A stretch of 64,000 nucleotides of DNA. It comes from Lachnospiraceae bacterium UBA7143 (GTDB lineage Bacteria; Bacillota; Clostridia; Lachnospirales; Lachnospiraceae). Below are positions 8,689-18,424 of the stretch, piece by piece (position 1 is the first letter of the stretch; each line of letters starts with the position of its first letter). The position numbers and the translations under genes are program-made. The notes beneath the pieces are model-generated. The model ran no database searches. It saw nothing but the letters and a program-made list of their open reading frames with translations, and had not been told where the DNA came from. Location of the stretch: positions 34,104-98,103 of the forward strand of contig DKWV01000044.1 of assembly GCA_002491905.1 (NCBI GenBank), given 5' to 3'.

Positions 8689-10722
8689 TTACCCCTTCTC
8701 TTTTTTTGCACCCTTATAAAACTGTGACGCATATTGAAACCGGCGGAATAACGCGTTCTGGTTCGTCATCTGCTTCACGATGTTCGTCCTTCTGGTGACA
8801 AAATCATTCAGCTTCCCCATGTACTCCTCCTCCGTAATCTCCCCGGAGGCAACTAGCGTCAGACCTTTCTCCCAGCTTGCCGTCAGCCGGGGATCCAAAA
8901 GCGGCTTCACCGAACCTGCCACCACCTCATAAATCATCTCTCCCAAAAGTGTGGGGGTGATAATCTGCGTCTTTTTATTCAGATCCAGATATTTAATATG
9001 TACCAGCTTCTTTAAAATTTCCGCTCTGGTAGCGGAGGTGCCGATCCCGCTGCCCTTGATCTGCGCCCGCAGCTCCTCATCCTCAATAAACTGCCCGGCG
9101 TTTTCCATCGTCAGAATCATGGTTCCCGAATTGTAGCGTTTGGGCGGAGAAGTCTCCCCTTCCTTCTTTTCCATTCCCTTCTTATCAAGCGGCGCGCCTT
9201 TCTTCAAAGCGCCCAGCGCCTCCATGAACGATGCGTCAAAGGTACCCTCCTGCTCCTCATCGGCATTCTCCCTTTCAGTATACTCCTCTGTCTTCTTTCT
9301 TGCAAAAGAATTTTGCGCTACTTCGAGATATCCCTGCTCCGCCTGCACCTTAAAACCAGAAACAAAGGTTTCTCCCTTCCATTTGGCTGTCAGGGTAATT
9401 TTCTGGTAGACAGCCGCCGGATAAAAAACGCTCAAGAACCGTCTGGCTATGATCTCGTAAACCTTAGCCGAAGTGGGATGCAGGCCGTTTAACGCGGAAA
9501 GCCCCTGTCCCGTGGGTATAATCGCATAGTGATCCGTGATCTGCTTATCGTTCACGTATCTGGTCTTCGCAATCCCCTTGAAACGCTCCTCCTTAAGGAT
9601 CTGCTCCGCAAATGCCGCAACCGGCGAGAAGCCCCGCAGTCCTCTGATATTTTTACTGATCTCCTTCGCCACCGCCGTGGACAGGACTCTGGCATCCGTT
9701 CTGGGATAGGTGGTCAGCTTTTTCTCATAGAGTTCCTGGGCAATCCGCAGCGTCTCATCCGGGCTGATCTTGAAAAGTTTGGAGCAGTCATTCTGCAGCT
9801 CGGCCAGATTATACAGAAGTGGTGGATTCTTCGTCTCCTTCTTCCGCTCAATCTTTTCGACCAGAGGCTTCTCCTCCGGCTCCCCCTGCAAAAAAGCAAG
9901 GAAATCATCCGCGTCCTTCTCCTCCAAAAAGCCGTTGTCCTTATAGATTTTCGGAGACTGGTAAAACTTCGACCCCTCCAAAGCCTTCCACTCCAGAGTG
10001 CACTCATGCCCCGCAATGTCCGCCTTCATCAGGATCCTGTAAAAGGGAATTTTTACAAACTCCCGGATCTCCCGCTCCCTGTTCACCACCATACCGAGCA
10101 CACAGGTCATAACCCGGCCCACGGAAACCACCGCTTTATCCGCATTCAGATAATTTTTGATCGAATAGCTGTATTTCAGCGTGAGGGCGCGGGAAAAGTT
10201 AATTCCCATCAGGTAATCTTCCTTCGCCCGCAGATACGCCGCGTGGGAAAGATTATCATAGGCCGAGAGATCCTTGGCCTCCCGGATTCCCCGAAGGATT
10301 TCCTCCTCCGTCTGGGAGTCGATCCACACCCGCCTTCTTTCCTTTCCGGAAACGCCCGCCTGCTGCTCCACCAGACGGTAAATATATTCTCCCTCCCGCC
10401 CGGAATCGGTGCAGACATAGATCGTTTCCACATCCTCCCGGTTCAAAAGTCCGCTCACAATACCGAACTGCTTCTTTACGCTGTCGATGACCTCATACTT
10501 AAATTCCTTCGGGATAAATGGAATCGTCTCCAAAGACCATCTCTTATATTTTTCGTCGTAAGCCTCCGGGTAGCTCATGGTTACCAGATGCCCCACACAC
10601 CAGGTCACAACCGCCTCCTCGGACTCCATATACCCATCACGGTTTTTCATATTATATTTTAACGCTTTTGCAAATTCCTTCGCCACGCTGGGCTTCTCTG
10701 CAATATATAAACTCTTTCCCAT
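8689..10722 (-). CDS. topB: DNA topoisomerase III (type IA)
   Basis: IAEKPSVA Toprim, TDSGREGE, catalytic TYPRTD, GIGTSATRA. Confidence 0.88.
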   Translation of the reverse strand: MGKSLYIAEKPSVAKEFAKALKYNMKNRDGYMESEEAVVTWCVGHLVTMSYPEAYDEKYKRWSLETIPFIPKEFKYEVIDSVKKQFGIVSGLLNREDVETIYVCTDSGREGEYIYRLVEQQAGVSGKERRRVWIDSQTEEEILRGIREAKDLSAYDNLSHAAYLRAKEDYLMGINFSRALTLKYSYSIKNYLNADKAVVSVGRVMTCVLGMVVNREREIREFVKIPFYRILMKADIAGHECTLEWKALEGSKFYQSPKIYKDNGFLEEKDADDFLAFLQGEPEEKPLVEKIERKKETKNPPLLYNLAELQNDCSKLFKISPDETLRIAQELYEKKLTTYPRTDARVLSTAVAKEISKNIRGLRGFSPVAAFAEQILKEERFKGIAKTRYVNDKQITDHYAIIPTGQGLSALNGLHPTSAKVYEIIARRFLSVFYPAAVYQKITLTAKWKGETFVSGFKVQAEQGYLEVAQNSFARKKTEEYTERENADEEQEGTFDASFMEALGALKKGAPLDKKGMEKKEGETSPPKRYNSGTMILTMENAGQFIEDEELRAQIKGSGIGTSATRAEILKKLVHIKYLDLNKKTQIITPTLLGEMIYEVVAGSVKPLLDPRLTASWEKGLTLVASGEITEEEYMGKLNDFVTRRTNIVKQMTNQNALFRRFQYASQFYKGAKKEKG

Positions 10723-10754
10723 ATTCTTTCTCACTACCCTGCATCAATCCGTAC

Positions 10755-10849
10755 GGAGAATGCCGTTCTTCAGGCATTCTCCTGTGCGAGACATAGTACT
10801 TCTTAGCGAGGCAGCCTTTGCTGCCAAGCTATAGAAGTACTTCTCGCAC
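10755..10849. repeat. Two adjacent intergenic inverted repeats
   Basis: GGAGAATGCC/GGCATTCTCC (10755-10782) and a ~66 bp hairpin GTGCGAGA..AGTACTTCT..GGCAGC/GCTGCC..AGAAGTACT.TCTCGCAC (10784-10849). Confidence 0.75.
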
Positions 10850-10851
10850 TT

Positions 10852-12213
10852 TTACAGGTCAGAAATCTGCACAAGCTTCAGGTTCGATTTGACCTTCGCT
10901 TCCAGATTCAGCTTCTCGTCAAACCGAAAGGCCGTGTACATATAAATATAATCCGCGCTGATCTTCGCCTTTTTCGCATAGAGCAGGAGATTTTCGTAAT
11001 CCTCATAGGTCATGGGCTTCTCCCAGTTGCAAAGCCCGATCAGCGTGCGCCCTTCCTCATCCTGCGCAATGATATCCAGGGAACCCACCTTGCCGATCCA
11101 CTCGCCGATGGTTCCGCAGTTAATAGGAAGTCTGTGCCGCTCCCCCAGCCTTGCCAGATGCTGTCTGCACACCTGCTTGAAATATCCGGACACATAGCGT
11201 CTGAAATCACGCATAACATAGTGATTATAGAACTCCCCCACCGACAGCATCTGCAGATCGCTCAGATGGGGATACATATAGGTATAATAGAAGTCCACAA
11301 AAGGATGGCTGATCCGGTAAATTCCTTTCTGCACATTCTCCTTGCCCGCCGTATCGTAAGAAAATACCTTTTCCACCAGTTCCAGCTCAATCAGGTTTTT
11401 CAGGTAAACACTGATCTTCGCCCTTGAAAACTCCGTATGCAGATAGAGGTCATTTAATTTGTGGTCTCCCGCCGCAATGGATGCCATGATGGTGTTGTAG
11501 ACCCCCGGCTCCCTGAGCTGTTCCGTGAGAATACGCTCCCCCTCCTCGAAAAGGAAGCTGTTGCAGTCCAAAATGTTGCGGCAGATGTTCTGCTGGATCG
11601 TAAGCCTGTCGTCAAACTGGTTCCACAGACCCGGAATTCCCCCTAAAATAGAGTAAGCTTCCACGCATTCTTCAATGCGGAAATTCGGAAACCTTTCTAC
11701 CAAGTCCGCAAAGGGCATCTCCTTGATCTTCAAAAGACCCGAAAGCTCGTAAGCCGCCTCCCCGATTCTGGTAATCATACTGTTCTCGATCCACCCGATG
11801 GAAGAGCTTACCAGAACCACCATCACATCGTCCCGGTTCCACTGACTGTGAACGAAAGCCACCAGCTCCTTCATAAAGGTTTCGCTGGCCCGCACAATAT
11901 TCTGGAACTCGTCAATCACCAACACCTTTTTCCCGGTGACACGGTGGGCAATCTTTTCAAAAATCTCCTGAAACTTCGGGAATTTCTCCACAACATAGCC
12001 GTCGTGAGTGAGCTGCCTGCCCCACTGATAGGCCTGTTCCCTCTCAGAGCAGGCTCTGGCAAGGTAATAATAGCCCGGCCGGTCTTTCATAAATTCCTTC
12101 ACCAGCGCGGTCTTCCCGATATGCTTCTGCCCGTAGACAATCAGAATCTGACTGCCGTCCCTGTCGTAATAATTATTCAGATAACCAAGTTCTGTCGTTC
12201 TGCCCAGTAACAT
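10852..12213 (-). CDS. Archaeal-type AAA ATPase with wHTH and DUF234-like C-terminus
   Basis: GRTTEL start motif, Walker A GQKHIGKT, Walker B VLVIDEFQ, GGIPG. Confidence 0.82.
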   Translation of the reverse strand: MLLGRTTELGYLNNYYDRDGSQILIVYGQKHIGKTALVKEFMKDRPGYYYLARACSEREQAYQWGRQLTHDGYVVEKFPKFQEIFEKIAHRVTGKKVLVIDEFQNIVRASETFMKELVAFVHSQWNRDDVMVVLVSSSIGWIENSMITRIGEAAYELSGLLKIKEMPFADLVERFPNFRIEECVEAYSILGGIPGLWNQFDDRLTIQQNICRNILDCNSFLFEEGERILTEQLREPGVYNTIMASIAAGDHKLNDLYLHTEFSRAKISVYLKNLIELELVEKVFSYDTAGKENVQKGIYRISHPFVDFYYTYMYPHLSDLQMLSVGEFYNHYVMRDFRRYVSGYFKQVCRQHLARLGERHRLPINCGTIGEWIGKVGSLDIIAQDEEGRTLIGLCNWEKPMTYEDYENLLLYAKKAKISADYIYMYTAFRFDEKLNLEAKVKSNLKLVQISDL

Positions 12214-12226
12214 AGCTTTACCTGCC

Positions 12227-13975
12227 TCATCCTACCTTCGCCGCCAGTTTCTCCAGTATATCCTCTACGCCATCTGCCGGCATCGGCCTGCCCATATAAT
12301 ATCCCTGAATCATATCGCACTCCAGTTCTTTCAGGTACTGGAACTGTTCCCTGGTCTCCACGCCCTCCGCAATCGTCTCGTATCCCAGACGTTTCACCAT
12401 ATAGATAATGGATTCCGTAATAATCTTTGTGTTTTTATCCGTAAGAAGCGTATCCACAAAAGTTTTATCAATTTTCAGCGTGTCAATCGGCAGCCCTTTT
12501 AGATAGGAGAGGGAAGAAAATCCCGTGCCAAAGTCATCCAATGAAATTTTGACACCGATCTTTTTCAGCTCGCCCAATTGTTGACTTATGTAGTCAAAGT
12601 CCTCTATCAGGATGGTCTCCGTCACTTCGATCTCTATCTCGCTCGGAGAGACATCATACTTTTCCAGAATCTGCAAGAGGCTGTCTATAAATCCCCGTTT
12701 CTTGCACTGCACCGCCGAAACATTAAGAGATAAAATCAGCGGGTAATGATACTTATCACGCCAGCCCGCATAAGTCTGCACACTTTTTTCTATCACCCAG
12801 TTTCCGATCGGTACGATGGTTCCGTTCTTTTCCGCAATGGGAATAAAGACGGAAGGACTTATCATGTCCCCCTTATTATCCCTCCAGCGGATCAGCGCCT
12901 CCACGCCGCGGAGCTCTCTACTTTGTGCGTAATACTGGGGCTGGAAATACATGGTAAAATTCTGCTCGAAAACAACCTCTTTCAGCTTGTTCTGTATGGT
13001 CACCGTCCGCAAAAATTCCTCCAGAATTGCCCCCTCAAAATACTGGATTTTATCCTTTCCACGGCTTTTCGCCTTAAACATGACAATCTCCGCGCAGTTA
13101 ATCAGCTCAAGCGTCCCCGAAGCCGCCTCCGGATACTCGGATACGCCCACGCTCACCGTCATGGTGACCTCCTGTCCGTCCGTCATCTTAAACGGCTTCT
13201 TCAGCCGCTCCCTGATGACCCGGTAAATCGTCTCCACGCTTCTCGCACCGCAGGGATCATAGATTGCGATACAGTAAATATCCGTGCTGAAATGGGAAAT
13301 TACCACATTGCTGTTCATCAGGCCGGTAAGATACTGACCGAACAACTGCACCAGCTCATCCCCCGCAATGATGCCCATACCGTCGTTGACCCTGCGGAAA
13401 TCGTCAAAGTCCACGAACATCACCGCTACCTTTTTCCCTTCCTCTTCCGCGCAGCGCAAAAACTCCCCCAAAAGCCTGACGAAATAATTCCGGTTATACA
13501 GCCCAGTCAGGATATCATAATAAGCCATGTAAGTAAGCTCATCCTTCTGGGCAGTCAGTTTGGTCACATCCTTAAAGCGTATGATTTTGTCCGTGGGTTC
13601 GCCCTCAGAATCATAGACGACGTTAACCTCCACCTCGATGCAGAGCCGGCTCGCTTTCAGCTTAATTTCAAAGCTGTCCCTGTCTCTCTTCTGATTTTCG
13701 ATAAGCAGTCCTTCCCTGAGTGGAATTTCGTACTGCTCCTCCACCCTGTCATAAAGTTTTGCCAGCTCATCCATACTGGAAATGGAAAAATCAAAGAAAT
13801 GATCCCAGTTGGCCATTGTCTCGACCCGGTCTTCCCGATAGTTGTAATAGATAAACGCACTGCTTGACGTCTCGCACAAAAGACGGAGCATTTTTTCATC
13901 CTGACGGAGTTTCTCATTCTCCTGCGCAAGCAGCTGTGTCCCGTTCCCCTTCTTATTTGTCTTTGTATTTACCAC
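12227..13975 (-). CDS. GGDEF(degenerate)-EAL c-di-GMP phosphodiesterase
   Basis: EALIRW, EVTET, DDFGTGFSSL, EGVET, QGYY; GGDEF site reads STDIY; start uncertain (ORF open to 14101). Confidence 0.88.
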   Translation of the reverse strand: MVNTKTNKKGNGTQLLAQENEKLRQDEKMLRLLCETSSSAFIYYNYREDRVETMANWDHFFDFSISSMDELAKLYDRVEEQYEIPLREGLLIENQKRDRDSFEIKLKASRLCIEVEVNVVYDSEGEPTDKIIRFKDVTKLTAQKDELTYMAYYDILTGLYNRNYFVRLLGEFLRCAEEEGKKVAVMFVDFDDFRRVNDGMGIIAGDELVQLFGQYLTGLMNSNVVISHFSTDIYCIAIYDPCGARSVETIYRVIRERLKKPFKMTDGQEVTMTVSVGVSEYPEAASGTLELINCAEIVMFKAKSRGKDKIQYFEGAILEEFLRTVTIQNKLKEVVFEQNFTMYFQPQYYAQSRELRGVEALIRWRDNKGDMISPSVFIPIAEKNGTIVPIGNWVIEKSVQTYAGWRDKYHYPLILSLNVSAVQCKKRGFIDSLLQILEKYDVSPSEIEIEVTETILIEDFDYISQQLGELKKIGVKISLDDFGTGFSSLSYLKGLPIDTLKIDKTFVDTLLTDKNTKIITESIIYMVKRLGYETIAEGVETREQFQYLKELECDMIQGYYMGRPMPADGVEDILEKLAAKVG

Positions 13976-14055
13976 TTTATATACGCGCCGGTCTCCCCAG
14001 ACAGCGCCCTCCCCCCATATCAGTCGTCTTCGTTTACAGTTTCCTTTTGACTCCC

Positions 14056-15141
14056 TTATTTTTTCGTAATATACCCCTTTGCCTTCAGTGTCTCCGCACA
14101 CAGTACGGCTCCCCCAGCCGCTCCGCGCACAGTATTGTGGGAAAGACCCACAAATTTCCAGTCGTAAACGCTGTCCTCACGGATGCGTCCCACGCTGATT
14201 CCCATGCCGTTCTCATAATCCACATCCAGTTTCACCTGCGGCCGGTTGTCCTCCTCCATCACCTGGATAAACTGCTTCGGTGCGCTGGGTAAATTCAGCT
14301 CCTGCGGCAGTCCTTTAAACTGCACCAGTTTCTCAACAAGCTGCTCTTTGGTAGGTTTCTTCTTAAACTTCACAAACACGGCTGCCGTATGGCCGTTTAA
14401 CACAGGCACACGGATGCACTGGCAGGTAATCACCGGGCTCTTTGCCGGAACAATTTCCCCGTCCACGATCTTACCCCAGATCCGCAGCGGTTCCTTCTCG
14501 CTCTTTTCCTCCTCGCCACCGATGTAGGGAATCACATTCTCCACCATCTCCGGCCAGTCCTTAAAGGTCTTGCCCGCACCGGAAATCGCCTGATAGGTGG
14601 TAGCCACCACCTCGTAAGGCTCAAACTCCTTCCACGCGGTGAGTACCGGCGCGTAGCTCTGGATCGAGCAGTTAGGTTTCACGGCGATAAAGCCGCGCTT
14701 TGTGCCAAGCCTCTTTTTCTGGAACTCAATCACGTCGAAGTGCTCCGGATTAATCTCCGGCACCACCATAGGCACATCCGGCGTCCAGCGGTGCGCGCTG
14801 TTGTTGGAAACCACGGGTGTCTCCGTCTTCGCGTACTCTTCCTCAATCTTTTTGATCTCATCCTTCGTCATATCCACTGCGGAAAAGACGAAATCCACCT
14901 CCGCCGCCACTGCCGCGACCTCGTTTACATTCTTAACCACAATCTTCTTTACCGCCTCCGGCATGGGCGTATCCATCTTCCACCTGCCGCCGACCGCCTC
15001 CTCGTAGGTCTTGCCCGCAGACCGGGGACTCGCCGCGATCGTGGTCACCTCAAACCAGGGATGGTTCTCCAGAAGGGCAATAAAACGCTGCCCTACCATA
15101 CCCGTACCACCTAAAATTCCTACCTTCAATTTCTCGCTCAT
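14056..15141 (-). CDS. asd: Aspartate-semialdehyde dehydrogenase
   Basis: GGTGMVGQRF, catalytic PNCS, HNTVRGAAG. Confidence 0.95.
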   Translation of the reverse strand: MSEKLKVGILGGTGMVGQRFIALLENHPWFEVTTIAASPRSAGKTYEEAVGGRWKMDTPMPEAVKKIVVKNVNEVAAVAAEVDFVFSAVDMTKDEIKKIEEEYAKTETPVVSNNSAHRWTPDVPMVVPEINPEHFDVIEFQKKRLGTKRGFIAVKPNCSIQSYAPVLTAWKEFEPYEVVATTYQAISGAGKTFKDWPEMVENVIPYIGGEEEKSEKEPLRIWGKIVDGEIVPAKSPVITCQCIRVPVLNGHTAAVFVKFKKKPTKEQLVEKLVQFKGLPQELNLPSAPKQFIQVMEEDNRPQVKLDVDYENGMGISVGRIREDSVYDWKFVGLSHNTVRGAAGGAVLCAETLKAKGYITKK

Positions 15142-15147
15142 AACAGT

Positions 15148-16596
15148 TCACTCCTCCTCTGTTTCCTTTATCTCCATTTCTCCAAGCTGGCCGCCAAACA
15201 CGCTGTCCTCATCCTGCCAGTCCTTCGTCAGATACTCCCTGTATATCCGTATGACCTCCCTCATGGCATCCGGTCCCGGCGCACCGATGGTCAGACGCTT
15301 TTCCACGCAGGTCTTTAAGCTGATGGCCTGATAGACATCTTCCTCAAAGACGGGGCTGATCTCCTTAAGCTCTTCCAGGGAAAGTTCATCAATGCTGCAG
15401 TTTTTATCAATACAGAAAAGCACCAGCCTGCCGATGATACCGTGGGCGTCACGGAAAGGTACGCCTTTCCCCACCAGATAATCCGCCGCGTCCGTGGCAT
15501 TGGTAAAGCCCATTGCCGCACTCTTTTCCATCACGTCCTTATTAAATTTCATCGTGCGGATCATGCCTTCAAACAATGCCAGACACCCCTTCACCGTGTC
15601 TATGGCGTCGAAGGTCAGTTCCTTGTCCTCCTGCATATCCTTGTTGTAGGCAAGGGGAAGCCCCTTCATCGTCGTCAGGATAGAGACAAGCGCCCCGTAA
15701 ACACGCCCCGTCTTTCCCCGCACCAGCTCCGCGATATCCGGGTTTTTCTTCTGGGGCATAATGCTGCTCCCCGTGGAGTAGGCATCGTCGATCTCCACGA
15801 AACGGTACTCGTTGGAATTCCAGATGATAATCTCCTCGCAAAAGCGGCTTAAGTGCATCATAATCGTGGATAGCGCCGATAAAAACTCTATCACATAATC
15901 CCTGTCGGATACCGAATCCATACTGTTTAACGTGGGCCCCTCAAAACCGAGCAGCGACGCCGTGTAAGCCCTGTCTAACGGATAGGTCGTCCCCGCTAAC
16001 GCCCCCGCCCCCAGCGGACAGTAATTCATGCGGTAGAAAATATCCTTAAGCCGGGATCTGTCTCTTTTAAACATCTCAAAATAGGCGCCGATATGGTGAG
16101 CAAGCGTCACCGGCTGCGCCTTCTGCAGATGGGTAAAGCCCGGCATGTAGGTCTCCACATGCTCCTCCATGACCGTAAGAAGCGTCTGCAAAAGATCCTT
16201 CAAAAGCCCATCCACATTAAGCACCTCAAGCCTGGTATACAGCCGCATGTCCATCGCCACCTGGTCATTGCGGCTCCTGCCTGTGTGAAGCTTTTTCCCC
16301 ACATCGCCAATCCGGTCGATCAGGTTAGCCTCCACGAAACTGTGGATATCCTCGTATTCCTCCGTGATGGCAAGCTTCCCGTCTTCCACATCCCGCCTGA
16401 TCCCGGTGAGTCCTTTTAAAATTTCGTCCTTCTCCTCTTTCGTCAGAATCCCCTGCTTGGCCAGCATAACCGTATGCACGATGCTGCCCTCAATATCCTG
16501 CGTAAAGAACTTCTGGTCAAAGGAAATCGACGCGTTAAAGTTATATACAAGCTGATCCGTCTCCTTCGTGAAACGGCCGCCCCACAACTGCGCCAT
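15148..16596 (-). CDS. argH: Argininosuccinate lyase
   Basis: [27 protein letters not shown] signature. Confidence 0.97.
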   Translation of the reverse strand: MAQLWGGRFTKETDQLVYNFNASISFDQKFFTQDIEGSIVHTVMLAKQGILTKEEKDEILKGLTGIRRDVEDGKLAITEEYEDIHSFVEANLIDRIGDVGKKLHTGRSRNDQVAMDMRLYTRLEVLNVDGLLKDLLQTLLTVMEEHVETYMPGFTHLQKAQPVTLAHHIGAYFEMFKRDRSRLKDIFYRMNYCPLGAGALAGTTYPLDRAYTASLLGFEGPTLNSMDSVSDRDYVIEFLSALSTIMMHLSRFCEEIIIWNSNEYRFVEIDDAYSTGSSIMPQKKNPDIAELVRGKTGRVYGALVSILTTMKGLPLAYNKDMQEDKELTFDAIDTVKGCLALFEGMIRTMKFNKDVMEKSAAMGFTNATDAADYLVGKGVPFRDAHGIIGRLVLFCIDKNCSIDELSLEELKEISPVFEEDVYQAISLKTCVEKRLTIGAPGPDAMREVIRIYREYLTKDWQDEDSVFGGQLGEMEIKETEEE

Positions 16597-16668
16597 ACCG
16601 AAAACCTCCATGCTTAATTAAATCTAAATTTGATGATACCATAAATTGGTTTTGTTTTCAATCAAAAC

Positions 16669-16695
16669 ACATATTTTCTTACCCGTCATAAAATA
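16669..16695 (+). promoter_or_regulatory. Putative SigK-type promoter
   Basis: AC-N16-CATAAAATA upstream of the ABC pair. Confidence 0.3.
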
Positions 16696-16778
16696 ATGTT
16701 ATACTCGTAGTAAACGACCCATCAAATTTCGGTTCGCAAAAAATATGATGTCGTTGACTACATAAGGAGGCATTTTCT

Positions 16779-17567
16779 ATGCAGCCAATACTTTCTCTGC
16801 GTGATGTTTCCTATTCCTATCACAATCTGAAGGGAGAAACCCCCGCGCTCTCGCACATCAATCTGCAGATTCCCGAGGGGAGCTTCGTCGCCGTCGTAGG
16901 ACCCAGCGGCTGCGGCAAATCCACTCTTCTTTCCATCATTGCTGGACTGCTTGCCCCGGAGGAGGGAGAAATTCTTTACAGAGGGCTCTCCGCCAAAGAC
17001 TACTGCGCGGACTCCGCCCTGAGAATTGGCTATATGCTGCAGAGGGATCATCTTTTTGAATGGCGCACAGTCTACCAGAATGTGATCCTGGGGCTGGAAC
17101 TCACCCACAGTCTCACAAAGGAAAACACGGATTATATCCTGAAACTTCTTGAGGATTATGGTCTCTACGGCTTTAAGGATAAAAAGCCATCCGAACTCTC
17201 CGGCGGTATGCGCCAGCGGGCAGCCCTGATCCGCACAATGGCCGTCCACCCGGATCTCCTTCTTCTGGACGAACCCTTCAGCGCCCTGGATTTCCAGACC
17301 CGACTCTCCGTCTCCGCGGACATTGCCGGAATCATCCGACAAACAAAAAAGACCGCGCTGCTGATCACCCACGATCTCTCCGAAGCCATCACGCTGGCAG
17401 ACCGGGTGGTCGTCCTCTCCAGACGCCCCGCCGGGGTGAAACGCGAAATGGCCATCCACTATGAAATAGGCCGGGAAGACCCCCTTGCTGTCCGGGGCAC
17501 CGCCGCCTATCAGGAATATTTTAATCAATTATGGGAGGTATTAACCGATGGTAAGACATCCGCATAA
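16779..17567 (+). CDS. ABC transporter ATP-binding protein (NitT/TauT, YtlC-like)
   Basis: GPSGCGKST, LSGGMRQR, LLLDEPFSALD, ITHD. Confidence 0.92.
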   Translation: MQPILSLRDVSYSYHNLKGETPALSHINLQIPEGSFVAVVGPSGCGKSTLLSIIAGLLAPEEGEILYRGLSAKDYCADSALRIGYMLQRDHLFEWRTVYQNVILGLELTHSLTKENTDYILKLLEDYGLYGFKDKKPSELSGGMRQRAALIRTMAVHPDLLLLDEPFSALDFQTRLSVSADIAGIIRQTKKTALLITHDLSEAITLADRVVVLSRRPAGVKREMAIHYEIGREDPLAVRGTAAYQEYFNQLWEVLTDGKTSA

Positions 17568-18369
17568 GGCACCGCCGCCCGTATCTGCGCGGCAGGAAAG
17601 CTTCCTGCGTGCCCATCACAGGCACCACCACAAAATTGCCCTCGGAAGAGTTTTTCTTCTGCTCCTTTTTCTTGGTCTCTGGGAAACTGCCGCAGGGCTT
17701 GGCTGGATAGACCGTTTCTTCTTCAGCAGTCCCTCCGGCATATTAAAGTATCTGGGGCAGATGTTTGCGGACCGCTCCTTCTTCGCCCACACCGGCGTCA
17801 CCCTGTTTGAGACAATCGCAAGCTTCATTCTGGTCACTGTCCTAAGTCTCCTCGCCGCCACCCTGCTCTGGTATCAGAACAGCCTCTCCGAAATTCTGGA
17901 ACCTTACCTGGTCGTCCTGAATGCCCTTCCGAAATCCGCCCTTGCCCCCCTTCTGATCGTATGGCTTGGCACCGGAACGAACACCATCATCGTGGCCGGC
18001 ATCTCCGTCGCCGTTTTCGGTTCCATCATCAGCCTCTACACCGGTTTCTGCCAGGTGGACCCGGAGATGTGCAAGCTGATCTACACGCTGGGCGGCAGCC
18101 GCAGGGACGCGCTCACCAAGGTAATTCTGCCAAGCTCTGTGCCGCTCATCTTAAGCAGCATGAAAGTCAACATCGGCCTTTCCCTTGTGGGCGTTATCAT
18201 CGGGGAATTCCTGGCCGCAAGGCGGGGGCTTGGGTATCTGATCATCTACGGGTCACAGGTGTTCCAGCTCAACATGGTGATTACGTCTATTATTATTCTG
18301 TGCGCTATCGCTATGGTGTTTTATAAGCTGATCCAGAGCGCGGAGCATTACTATAAGAAGAAATATTAG
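17548..18369 (+). CDS. ABC transporter permease (NitT/TauT, YtlD-like)
   Basis: Multiple TM helices, IGEFL..GLGY motif; overlaps the ATPase gene. Confidence 0.9.
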   Translation: MVRHPHKAPPPVSARQESFLRAHHRHHHKIALGRVFLLLLFLGLWETAAGLGWIDRFFFSSPSGILKYLGQMFADRSFFAHTGVTLFETIASFILVTVLSLLAATLLWYQNSLSEILEPYLVVLNALPKSALAPLLIVWLGTGTNTIIVAGISVAVFGSIISLYTGFCQVDPEMCKLIYTLGGSRRDALTKVILPSSVPLILSSMKVNIGLSLVGVIIGEFLAARRGLGYLIIYGSQVFQLNMVITSIIILCAIAMVFYKLIQSAEHYYKKKY

Positions 18370-18424
18370 CGCACAAGGAAAGGGCAGGCTGCATAGGCCT
18401 GCCCGAACGCTGTCACCCGACGGT

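Noticed and set aside
8689-10722. topB as a marker of a conjugative element
   Set aside because: It is flanked by chromosomal housekeeping genes, with no T4SS or relaxase.
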